NCBI GenBank assembly: GCA_015233655.1 | Contig: JADFXI010000002.1 | Location: 2,903-66,902 of the forward strand | Direction: 5' to 3' | Source: Nitrospirota bacterium | Lineage (GTDB): Bacteria > Nitrospirota > Thermodesulfovibrionia > Thermodesulfovibrionales > Dissulfurispiraceae | Length of the DNA stretch: 64,000 bases | Part shown: piece after piece, positions 26,833 to 34,296 of the stretch | How the letters are laid out: each line of letters opens with the position of its first letter | Position numbering within the stretch: the first letter of the stretch is position 1 | Position numbers and translations under genes: made by a program | Notes under the pieces: model-generated | What the model saw: the letters and a program-made list of their open reading frames with translations, nothing else | Databases searched by the model: none | Told to the model about the DNA's origin: nothing

Positions 26833-27248
26833 ACAGGCATGCCATATTTAATTCTGCCAAGAATATCATCCACCTCTTTGGCCCCTGCATCGGTCTTGAG
26901 CATTTCAAGCGGAGTTTTTCGTTCCAAAGAGAAATGGGGAGTACTTAGCCACTGTCGAGCATTCTCCTCGCTGCCCATCACCTCCACAGCGAAGGAGAAT
27001 ATCCGTGCAAACCTATACAATCTGTCGGAAGCACTTACCGGGAGTCTCCCCTGTTTCCCCTTTTTACGGTGAAATGATCTCTCGCTGATTCCCAAGGCTT
27101 TGGCAAACTCCTTGTCAGTGAGGCGTAACAATTCTTTGAAGAAATTGCCGGCCTCTACGGGAATGCCTTTCAGAATTATCTCATTGTAATCAGATATTAC
27201 ATTCCCTATCTTTTTTTTGCCGCCCAGGGCATTAGTAACATTGTACAT
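26829..27248 (-). CDS. Xre/DUF2384 (MbcA/ParS-like) antitoxin
   Basis: HTH region (FAKALGISERSFHR) followed by ARQWLSTPHFSLERKTPLEML, typical of DUF2384. It lies upstream of and overlaps the RES gene. Confidence 0.75.
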   Translation of the reverse strand: MYNVTNALGGKKKIGNVISDYNEIILKGIPVEAGNFFKELLRLTDKEFAKALGISERSFHRKKGKQGRLPVSASDRLYRFARIFSFAVEVMGSEENARQWLSTPHFSLERKTPLEMLKTDAGAKEVDDILGRIKYGMPV

Positions 27249-27269
27249 ATGATCACCTCCGGACTGTCT

Positions 27270-27307
27270 ATTGGCACTATTCTAACAGACAATTGGCATT
27301 ATTGGCA
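27270..27307. promoter_or_regulatory. three direct ATTGGCA repeats in the divergent xre / rpoC-like intergenic region (candidate operator)
   Basis: ATTGGCA occurs at 27270, 27292 and 27301, immediately upstream of the Xre-like start at 27248. Confidence 0.3.
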
Positions 27308-27360
27308 ACCTCATATTTATTAAAGAAATAGATCAAAATCTTAATAAGGTAATATTTAGC

Positions 27361-30300
27361 ATGGCTTCCAATGATGACAGACCATGCAGGTCAAATGGCG
27401 TTGTTTTTGATTCTATTAGAATCGGTTTGTTAACCTCTAGAGCAACAGGTTTGCTGTCCTACGGCGAGGTTTCTTCCCCGGAAACATTCAATGTTAGGAC
27501 CGGCGAACCGGTCACAAGTGGGCTGTTCTGCGAAAGAATTTTCGGCCCTGTGAGAAAAGGCAAATGTTACTGCGGCGCAGATAACGGCGTAGTGGGGGAC
27601 GGTGCTGTATGCAGGGATTGCAGTGCCGCGCTTTCAGAGCCCGGTGACAGGAGGCGTAGACTCGGCCACATAACTCTTGCAGCACCTGTTGTGCATATAT
27701 GGTATTACAAAGGACAGAAAAGCATAATTGCCAGGCTACTTGGACTGCCGCCAGGACAGGTCCAGAAAATTGTGCGTTATGAACTTTTTGTTGTAATAGA
27801 GCCGGGCGCAAGCGGGCTTAAACATAATCAGATCATATCAATTGAGGAGTCCGGAAAGTACAGGTCTGTGTGTCCCGATTTCCATGCAGGGACGGGTGCG
27901 GACGCAATTAAGGCGCTGCTGAAGAACATCAACCTGAATGACCTTTCAAATAAAATTAAAGAGGATAATTACTTATCCGTAAGAAAAAGAAACAAACTCT
28001 CTTTAGTCGAGAAACTCCTAAAGTCCGGCAACAGTCCGGAATCGATGATTATAGAGGTATTGCCTGTATTGCCGCCTGACTTGCGTCCCGTGATTTTTCT
28101 CGATAATGGGACTATAGTTGCCTCCGATCTTAATATGCTTTACAGCAGGGTTATTTACAAGAACCAGAGCCTGCGGAGGCTGATCCACCTGGGCGCGCCG
28201 GAGATTATACTGCATAATGCAAAAAGGCTTCTTCAGGCTGCCGTGGACAGCCTGCTGGATAATGGCAGAAATGTTACGGCTACCAGCCGGTCTCAAAAAA
28301 AACCGCTTAAATCGCTTTCAGATATGATACGCACCAAGAAGGGAAGATTCAGGGTCAATCTTCTTGCCAAACGGGTCGACTATTCGGGAAGGGCGCAAAT
28401 TACGATAGGGCCTGAACTTAAAATACACCAGGTAGGGATTCCGAAGGCAATGGCACTGGAACTTTTCAAGCCCTTTATATACAGATGGCTTATCAAGAAG
28501 GGTTTTGCACCGGGGCTGAAACAGGCAAGACAAATCTTCGAGGCCGAGAAGCCGGAAGTCTGGGATGCCCTGGACGATTCGATTGCCGAGCATCCTGTGA
28601 TAATTAACAGGGCGCCGACCCTACATAAATTGAGCATGCAGGCCTTTGATCCTGTTTTGGTTGAAGGTGCTGCTCTAAGGCTTCATCCCCTCGTATGTTC
28701 GGGATTTAATGCAGACTTTGACGGAGACACCATGGCAGTGCATGTTCCCCTGTCTTTTGAGGCACAGATAGAGGCCAGAGTACTTTTAATGTCTGTTAAT
28801 AATTTATTTCATCCGGCAAACAGCAGACCCGCATTATTGCCGTCACAGGATATTGTCTTGGGCATTTATTATCTGACGAAAGAGAAGAAAGAAGGCAAAG
28901 GCGGAGGAATGTTCTTCTCTGATGTGGATGAAGTTTCTATTGCCTACGCAAACAACATTCTAGAGGAAAATTCAGGTATATTTGTCAGAATAGGCGGCGC
29001 TCTGGTAAGCACGACAGCGGGCAGAGTGCTGCTTTATTTAATAACTCCACAAGGCATCCCGTTTGCAGCTATTAACAGGCCGCTGAAAAAAAAAGACATT
29101 GCTGATTTGATAGAGCTGTGTTGGGAGAAGTGTGGCGCAAGAGAAACTGCAAGATTTCTGGATGACATAAAAGAGATGGGGTTTAAGCATGCAACGTTAT
29201 CAGGAATTTCCCTTTGTCTTGATGACATGCGGGTGCCTGCCGGCAAGAAAACCATTGTACGTGAGGCGGAAGTTGAAGCAGCCGAAGTGAAAACTCATTA
29301 TGAAGCCGGTCTAATGTCTGATAATGAGAGGCACAGAAAGGTAATTGAAATTTGGAGTAAAGCTGTAGACAGGGTGACGTCGGAAACTATGCTCGCACTG
29401 AAAGAAAGCCAACCTGAGGAAACAAATGTGTTATTTATGATGGCGGATTCGGGAGCGAGAGGGGACATTAATCAAATACGCCAGATAAATGGAATGAGGG
29501 GGCTGATGGCCAAGCCCACGGCGGAGATTGTAGAAGTCCCGATAACGTCAAATTTCGTGGAAGGCTTGAGCACATTCGAGTTCTTTCTTTCGACTCATGG
29601 GGCCAGAAAAGGGCGGGTTGACGGCCCACTTAAGACGCCCCTTGCAGGTTATTTCACAAGGAGACTTGTGAGCGCTGCACGAGATGTTGTTGTCACCACT
29701 CATGACTGCGGCACTATCGAGGGTATTTATCTCGAAACGCTTGTAAGCAACGGAGTTGTGGTGCTATCTCTGGAGGAAAGAATAACGGGCAGGACACTGG
29801 CCGATAATGTATTGGGCCCGAATGGCCGAACTGTTCTGGCATCGTATGGCACCATACTGGACAAAGAGTCCGCGGCAAAAATCTCGGCTGAAGGCATAAA
29901 AAGGGTCAAGGTGCGTTCAGTGCTTACCTGCAAGGCGCAGTCAGGAGTTTGCGCTGTCTGCTATGGATTCAATCTCGGCAGCCGCATGCCTGCGGAAATA
30001 GGAGATGCCGTGGGCGTTATCGCAGCACAGTCAATAGGAGAGCCCGGCACTCAACTCACCTTGAGGACGTTCCATACGGGCGGGGCAGCCGTCGCACCGG
30101 GAGTTAACGCAGTATCTTCAGCCAAAGAAGCAATCAAAACAATGGATATAACCGGAGGGCTTCCAGGAGTCATTGATCTTTTTGAAGCGAGAAATCCTGA
30201 AGATGCAGCAGGGGGAAATTGCCGAGAGCTATTGAAAACATCGGGAGCTGACGCAGTATGGAAATATATAATTGACGAGGCACAGAAGATATACCGTCAA

Positions 30301-30678
30301 CAGGGTGTGGTAATACATGACAAGCATTTTGAAATAATTACGAAGCAGATGACGGGATTCGTTAAAATCACGGAACAAGGGGGATCGGCATTATTGCTGG
30401 GTGAAATAATCCGGAAGAGTGAATTTGCCTCCGCGTCTGACAAAGCCAGGAGCAGGGGTCTAAAGCCTCCTGTTGCCTCCCCTGTGCTGTTGGGGATAAG
30501 TCAGATACCTCAGTATTACAATAGTTTTCTTGCATCGGCTTCGTTCCAGAGGACAACCACTGTATTAGCGGATGCTGCATTTGAAGGTAAAGCAGACCCG
30601 CTGCAAAGTAATGCCGCACGGATAATCACAGGGAAACTAGTGCGGGCCGGCACAGGTCTTTTTGTTAAAGAACACTGA
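27361..30678 (+). CDS. RNA polymerase beta-prime (RpoC) paralogue, compact and orphan
   Basis: Zn finger CYCG...CRDC; LPVLPPDLRP; RVDYSGR; INRAPTLH; catalytic NADFDGDTMAVHVP; SGARG; bridge helix STHGARKG; second Zn site HDCG / CKAQSGVCAVCYG; trigger loop AAQSIGEPGTQLTLRTFHTGG; C-terminal GKLVRAGTG. Only 1105 aa, with no rpoB adjacent. Confidence 0.85.
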   Translation: MASNDDRPCRSNGVVFDSIRIGLLTSRATGLLSYGEVSSPETFNVRTGEPVTSGLFCERIFGPVRKGKCYCGADNGVVGDGAVCRDCSAALSEPGDRRRRLGHITLAAPVVHIWYYKGQKSIIARLLGLPPGQVQKIVRYELFVVIEPGASGLKHNQIISIEESGKYRSVCPDFHAGTGADAIKALLKNINLNDLSNKIKEDNYLSVRKRNKLSLVEKLLKSGNSPESMIIEVLPVLPPDLRPVIFLDNGTIVASDLNMLYSRVIYKNQSLRRLIHLGAPEIILHNAKRLLQAAVDSLLDNGRNVTATSRSQKKPLKSLSDMIRTKKGRFRVNLLAKRVDYSGRAQITIGPELKIHQVGIPKAMALELFKPFIYRWLIKKGFAPGLKQARQIFEAEKPEVWDALDDSIAEHPVIINRAPTLHKLSMQAFDPVLVEGAALRLHPLVCSGFNADFDGDTMAVHVPLSFEAQIEARVLLMSVNNLFHPANSRPALLPSQDIVLGIYYLTKEKKEGKGGGMFFSDVDEVSIAYANNILEENSGIFVRIGGALVSTTAGRVLLYLITPQGIPFAAINRPLKKKDIADLIELCWEKCGARETARFLDDIKEMGFKHATLSGISLCLDDMRVPAGKKTIVREAEVEAAEVKTHYEAGLMSDNERHRKVIEIWSKAVDRVTSETMLALKESQPEETNVLFMMADSGARGDINQIRQINGMRGLMAKPTAEIVEVPITSNFVEGLSTFEFFLSTHGARKGRVDGPLKTPLAGYFTRRLVSAARDVVVTTHDCGTIEGIYLETLVSNGVVVLSLEERITGRTLADNVLGPNGRTVLASYGTILDKESAAKISAEGIKRVKVRSVLTCKAQSGVCAVCYGFNLGSRMPAEIGDAVGVIAAQSIGEPGTQLTLRTFHTGGAAVAPGVNAVSSAKEAIKTMDITGGLPGVIDLFEARNPEDAAGGNCRELLKTSGADAVWKYIIDEAQKIYRQQGVVIHDKHFEIITKQMTGFVKITEQGGSALLLGEIIRKSEFASASDKARSRGLKPPVASPVLLGISQIPQYYNSFLASASFQRTTTVLADAAFEGKADPLQSNAARIITGKLVRAGTGLFVKEH

Positions 30679-30684
30679 CGCAAA

Positions 30685-30713
30685 TTGACACGCGGTAAGT
30701 TTTGTGCTAAATG
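30685..30713 (+). promoter_or_regulatory. candidate sigma-70 promoter for the thioredoxin-fold gene
   Basis: TTGACA (30685-30690), a 17 nt spacer ending in TGc, then TAAATG (30708-30713), an extended -10-like element. Confidence 0.3.
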
Positions 30714-30755
30714 AAAATATAGAGTAAATCGTTGCTCGAAAAGGAGGTATTTTGT

Positions 30756-31343
30756 ATGTCCGCAATAATTTGGGAAACAGACTTTAGTGAGGCGACAAAA
30801 AAGGCAAAACGTGAAGGAAAACCTATCTATCATGATTTTTGGTTTGAGGGTTGAATTGGATGCGCAGCAATGAATACGGGTCCGTATTCGGATGAGAAGA
30901 TACAGATGTATTTGCAGGAAAACTTCATTGCAGTCAAAACCCAGTGTTTCTTTGACAAGCCTGTTGAGCTTATGGAGCAGTTCAACATCAAATGGACACC
31001 AACACTTATTATCCACGATAAGACGGGAAGGGAGCACCATCGGATGGTGGGATATGTCCCTATCAATGACCTGTTTGCTCATCTTGAATTTGGCAGGGCC
31101 AAGGTCTTTTTCGACACAGAGCACTTCAGTAACGCTGTCGAGATTTTCAATAAAATAATAGAGATTTACCCTCAAGCACCTGTCACTCCAGAAGCGATAT
31201 TTTATCTGGGAGTAGCTGAGTACAAGAGGTATCATGATCCGGCCGGCTTGCGAAGGGCTTATGATACATTGAAGGCCAAATATTCCGGAAGTGAATGGTC
31301 ACGTCGCGCAGAGCCGTATTCGGCCATACCGGCTGGTGTGTAA
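30756..31343 (+). CDS. thioredoxin-fold (Thioredoxin_7/DUF255-like) protein with in-frame TGA, candidate selenoprotein (UxxC), plus TPR-like C-terminus
   Basis: ATG 30756 follows AAGGAGG (30741-30747). The same frame as the listed ORF at 30870 is interrupted only by TGA 30852-30854, giving KPIYHDFWFEG-U-IGC-AAMN. The stop falls exactly where the CxxC of this fold sits. Confidence 0.65.
30872..30889 (+). promoter_or_regulatory. SECIS-like hairpin downstream of the in-frame TGA
   Basis: GAATACG-GGTC-CGTATTC: a 7 bp perfect stem and a 4 nt G/U-containing loop starting 17 nt after the TGA. Confidence 0.5.
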
Positions 31344-31438
31344 AGATACAGAGTAAAAGGATTTATTTTATAAGGGGCATATCACTGGGTACGCCCCTTA
31401 TAAATTTAACACAAAACTCACCGCACTGCGGAAGTCAA

Positions 31439-31762
31439 TTACATGAGCATGTCCGAAAGTTCGTCGAGGTTTTTTCTTAATACCTCTTTATCGTGCTCCG
31501 ACAATGGGGTGCTTTCCACCGGCAGCTCTTCAATAATTGCCTGGCGCGACGGTGCCGTGTAATAAGCCCGCGCACTCGCTTCTTTTGCTGATTTTGAGTC
31601 TGCCTGGGCGGACCGTTCCCTGCTGAAATAGGCGTAAAGGATGTCCTTTATGACCCTGGATTTATGTCCCTTCCTTTTCCTCGCAGTGAGACCGGCAATA
31701 ATTAGTGCATCCTCCGGATTGTCAGGATATAGTCTGATGAAGCATACCTCAATCTTGTCCAC
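31439..31762 (-). CDS. hypothetical, ParR-like adaptor by position
   Basis: 107 aa basic protein immediately downstream of the ParM-like gene. Assignment is from synteny only. Confidence 0.35.
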   Translation of the reverse strand: MDKIEVCFIRLYPDNPEDALIIAGLTARKRKGHKSRVIKDILYAYFSRERSAQADSKSAKEASARAYYTAPSRQAIIEELPVESTPLSEHDKEVLRKNLDELSDMLM

Positions 31763-31777
31763 AGATGACTGTCCCTG

Positions 31778-32761
31778 TCAGCGCATCATTCTGCGTTCCA
31801 AGATAACGCTTCTTTTGTAGTAGCCACGCGCATTGGCCATCTGGGGTTCACTTATCAGGAGGTGGGTGTGTGCCATGGCGGATATGTGCTGCTGTAGGAG
31901 TGAGCCCCCGCCACCCGTTAGAAGTACGACGTCAATTTCACCCACGATGCTCCATTTTGATTTAATGACCCCCGCTATTTTCTGCCCCACTTGCGATAGG
32001 ACCCGCTCTACAAGATTGCTCACATCTTTATTCTGGCCTGAGACTTTGAAATGTTTTGTCTTAACGCTCTGTTCGGCTTCATCTGCAGTAACCATATCCC
32101 TGTCGAAGGCGTTTTTTAATTCGCGCGCTACGATATCATAAAGCTCATAGGCTCCTGTGGGAATACTGCCGGATGCTTTTTCGACATAATGTTTTGCGTC
32201 TTCAATAAGTATGTAATCAGTAGTGTGGTAGCCGATATCTACAATTCCAAGCCTTTTGAACAATGGAGCGCTTCCGGCAATGTCGCCGTCGTTATCGTAA
32301 AATATGTCAAAGAATGAGCCGAAAGGCTGAGGGATTACGCTGATGTCTGCTATGTTGATACCTATGCCGTCGCAAGTTTTCCTGATTACTTCTTCGGCTT
32401 TCGGTTTATCTCTCATGTAGTCGACAGGAAGGCCGGTAACTATTGTTACTGCCTCTGGGTCGGTTGTCGCGTGTCTGCCGTTCAATGCCCTCGTTATGGC
32501 TGACGTGAGCAGGGCGCCGTACATTTTGCTTTCGACCCATCCCCTTGTTCTTAAGGTATAAGTAACATCGCTATGCCTGGCCTTGTCTCCGACAAAAAAC
32601 TGCTCTCCTTGATATTCGACAGTTTCTCCACAAACATCTGCACCTTCCTTTAGAGTAAACGATAATTCTCTGGCAGGTCCAACACGGGATGGAAAAAAAA
32701 GCGAAGAATGTTTTGTAACAACCTTTGTATAACCATATCCTACATCAATTCCTATTTTCAT
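31778..32761 (-). CDS. parM: ParM/StbA-like actin-type segregation ATPase
   Basis: Phosphate-1 KIGIDVGYGYTK, phosphate-2 LGIVDIGYHTTDY, adenosine motif VVLLTGGGGSLL. ATG 32761 is preferred to the longer ORF ending at 32833. Confidence 0.75.
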   Translation of the reverse strand: MKIGIDVGYGYTKVVTKHSSLFFPSRVGPARELSFTLKEGADVCGETVEYQGEQFFVGDKARHSDVTYTLRTRGWVESKMYGALLTSAITRALNGRHATTDPEAVTIVTGLPVDYMRDKPKAEEVIRKTCDGIGINIADISVIPQPFGSFFDIFYDNDGDIAGSAPLFKRLGIVDIGYHTTDYILIEDAKHYVEKASGSIPTGAYELYDIVARELKNAFDRDMVTADEAEQSVKTKHFKVSGQNKDVSNLVERVLSQVGQKIAGVIKSKWSIVGEIDVVLLTGGGGSLLQQHISAMAHTHLLISEPQMANARGYYKRSVILERRMMR

Positions 32762-33073
32762 ATGAAACTCCTCTACCGGCTGAAGGCCGCTGGTTTTTTT
32801 CAGTATTCTTTGAAATATTACTTTCGCTATCAATATGCTTTCAGGCAGGCGTTTTGAATGGTCAATGTTAGCTTATGGCTTTCTTAATGATAGCAATCCA
32901 GAGAGCAGGCAGGCCACAGTGCTTCAGCTCATTCTCGCAAGGCACCAGCCTTGCTCCGAGGCTATGTCAGCCTGTTCAGCCATCCCTGGCTTCTTTAGGC
33001 TGACAAAGGCTACTTCAGTACCATGTCCAGCCTGCTCTCGGAATTTTAAAAAAATAGAAATTTTTTTAAGCCT

Positions 33074-33157
33074 GGTGACTGTGATGGTGACTGAAGAGTG
33101 GAAAGACAAGTGACTGGAAGGGTAACTAAGAAATGAACGTGGACATGAGAAGTGATT
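33074..33157. repeat. iteron-like GTGA(C/T)TG direct repeats upstream of parM-like gene (candidate parC/ori iterons)
   Basis: GGTGACTG at 33074 and 33086, AGTGACTG at 33109, and GTGATTG near 33151, interspersed with GGAAAG-type motifs. An AT-rich tract follows at about 33220-33480. Confidence 0.35.
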
Positions 33158-33784
33158 GTTAAGAAAGCGGAAAGAACCGTAGCCATATACTGAAAGCAAA
33201 CATAAGAAACTATGTTGATATAGTGAATGTTCAGTTGCTTTTATTTTTTAAGAGTTGTTTTAAAGAATATCTTTTTGTTTTTAAAGAATGTTTTAAGGTT
33301 TTTTCTGCCGTATTCCGGCAAAGGGGGAACCCTTCGGGTCTACATGCAAATAATGTGTTTTTATTTCAGATGGTTTCAATCAGAGAGTTTTTTTCTTATT
33401 TACACGAACTGCTCTCATCATTATAGTATTTTTAGAAATAATCTTTAAATGAAATCGGATAACATTTTTATAGAGTTTTTTCCTGATTGATTTCCATCAG
33501 GTTTAATAACAACCTTGGATCAATCCAATTCTCCAGCGACATGCCGGAAGCATCTTAAAAAAGAAGAGCAGGGAAATTGTTGTCCTCAAGTTGTTCCATT
33601 GTTACCGAAAAACAATAACTTAAAAAGTTAAATTGCGCTCTTGTGGCATTTCCACTTGATATCACATGGAAAGAGCACAGTTCCCGACCTTTGGAAGGGG
33701 CTGTGCCTTTATTATTTTCTTAAGGAGGGCAAGCATAAAGGATATTAGCGCATTGAAGTAACTTTTGTTGATGACGCAACCGAA

Positions 33785-33833
33785 GGCGGTAGGCGAGTAA
33801 CTCGTATGAGTGAAAAGCCTACCGCCTTTTTTT
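33785..33833 (+). terminator. hairpin plus T-tract module, copy 1
   Basis: GGCGGTAGGC ... GCCTACCGCC (10 bp stem, 22 nt loop containing ACTC-GTAT-GAGT) followed by TTTTTTT, then an RBS and ATG 33854. Confidence 0.5.
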
Positions 33834-33853
33834 GTTTTAAAAGGAGGACAAGG

Positions 33854-34021
33854 ATGAAAACCATCATGGCAGCAGTAATAGCGGCGATCGCAGCAGCGGT
33901 CATTATTCTTTCTGTTGTGTCCGGGGTAAAGGGATTAATCAGCGACGCGCAGAAGGCACAGGCCCAGGCCCAGGCAATAGCAGCTATAGACGGACAGCAG
34001 GCAAAGGGAGGTGCACAATGA
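33854..34021 (+). CDS. small membrane protein
   Basis: 55 aa. AAAGGAGGA RBS, one TM helix (IMAAVIAAIAAAVIILSVV), and a Gln/Ala-rich tail. The ORF-track start at 33806 lies inside the hairpin loop and is not preferred. Confidence 0.4.
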   Translation: MKTIMAAVIAAIAAAVIILSVVSGVKGLISDAQKAQAQAQAIAAIDGQQAKGGAQ

Positions 34022-34188
34022 ACGGCGGCAGGCACGTTGCGAAGGAGCGGGGCATGATCACAGGAATGAACACATATAAAAGGATAGAGGCTCTCATAGA
34101 AGATAAGCCCTGGCTTGTTGTAAAGGCGCTTTCAACACTGCCGGAGGCAGATCGGACAAGACTGCGTTGGGTCTTGGCCAGGGTATAG
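34018..34188 (+). CDS. small hypothetical protein (below ORF-track cutoff)
   Basis: 56 aa ORF (MNGGRHVAKERGMITGMNTYKRIEALIEDKPWLVVKALSTLPEADRTRLRWVLARV) with an ATGA overlap onto the preceding stop. Confidence 0.3.
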   Translation: MNGGRHVAKERGMITGMNTYKRIEALIEDKPWLVVKALSTLPEADRTRLRWVLARV

Positions 34189-34228
34189 TTAAAAAGTCAT
34201 AACCCGTTATAGACAGCGACGAATCAAA

Positions 34229-34277
34229 GGCGGCAGGCAATTAGCTCTTATGAGTGAAAAAGCCTGCCGCCTTTTTT
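34229..34277 (+). terminator. hairpin plus T-tract module, copy 2
   Basis: GGCGGCAGGC ... GCCTGCCGCC followed by TTTTTT, with the same loop core TATGAGTGAAAA. Stem differences from copy 1 are compensatory (T-A becomes C-G). Confidence 0.5.
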
Positions 34278-34296
34278 GTTTGAAAAGGAGAAAAGT

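Noticed and set aside
27361-30678. Simple annotation as the housekeeping rpoC
   Set aside because: There is no adjacent rpoB, the gene is flanked by TA and partition genes, and the jaw region is shortened. It is still possible and cannot be excluded without the rest of the genome, so the gene is reported as a paralogue candidate with explicit refutation criteria.
30516-31235. 239 aa minus-strand ORF
   Set aside because: It is antisense to the conserved C-terminus of the rpoC paralogue and to the thioredoxin-fold gene. The plus-strand genes have clear homology-like motifs and this ORF has none.
31778-32761. MamK (magnetosome actin) identity for the actin-like ATPase
   Set aside because: There are no mam genes nearby. 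The GIDVGYGYTK-type phosphate-1 motif, the small downstream partner and the upstream direct repeats fit plasmid ParM/StbA better.
33223-33448. Two overlapping plus-strand ORFs of 67 and 73 aa
   Set aside because: They lie in a very AT-rich tract and encode low-complexity peptides rich in F, L and K, with no RBS. They are better explained as non-coding origin-like or centromere-like DNA.
33644-33660. Sigma-54-like TGGCAT...TTGA sequence
   Set aside because: The GC of the -12 element is missing or offset by one position, and there is no downstream gene at a sensible distance.
33806-33853. ORF-track start codon for the small membrane protein
   Set aside because: This ATG sits inside the loop of the conserved hairpin, upstream of the T-tract. 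In the second hairpin copy the equivalent ATG is in a different frame and terminates quickly. ATG 33854 with its own RBS is the more plausible start.
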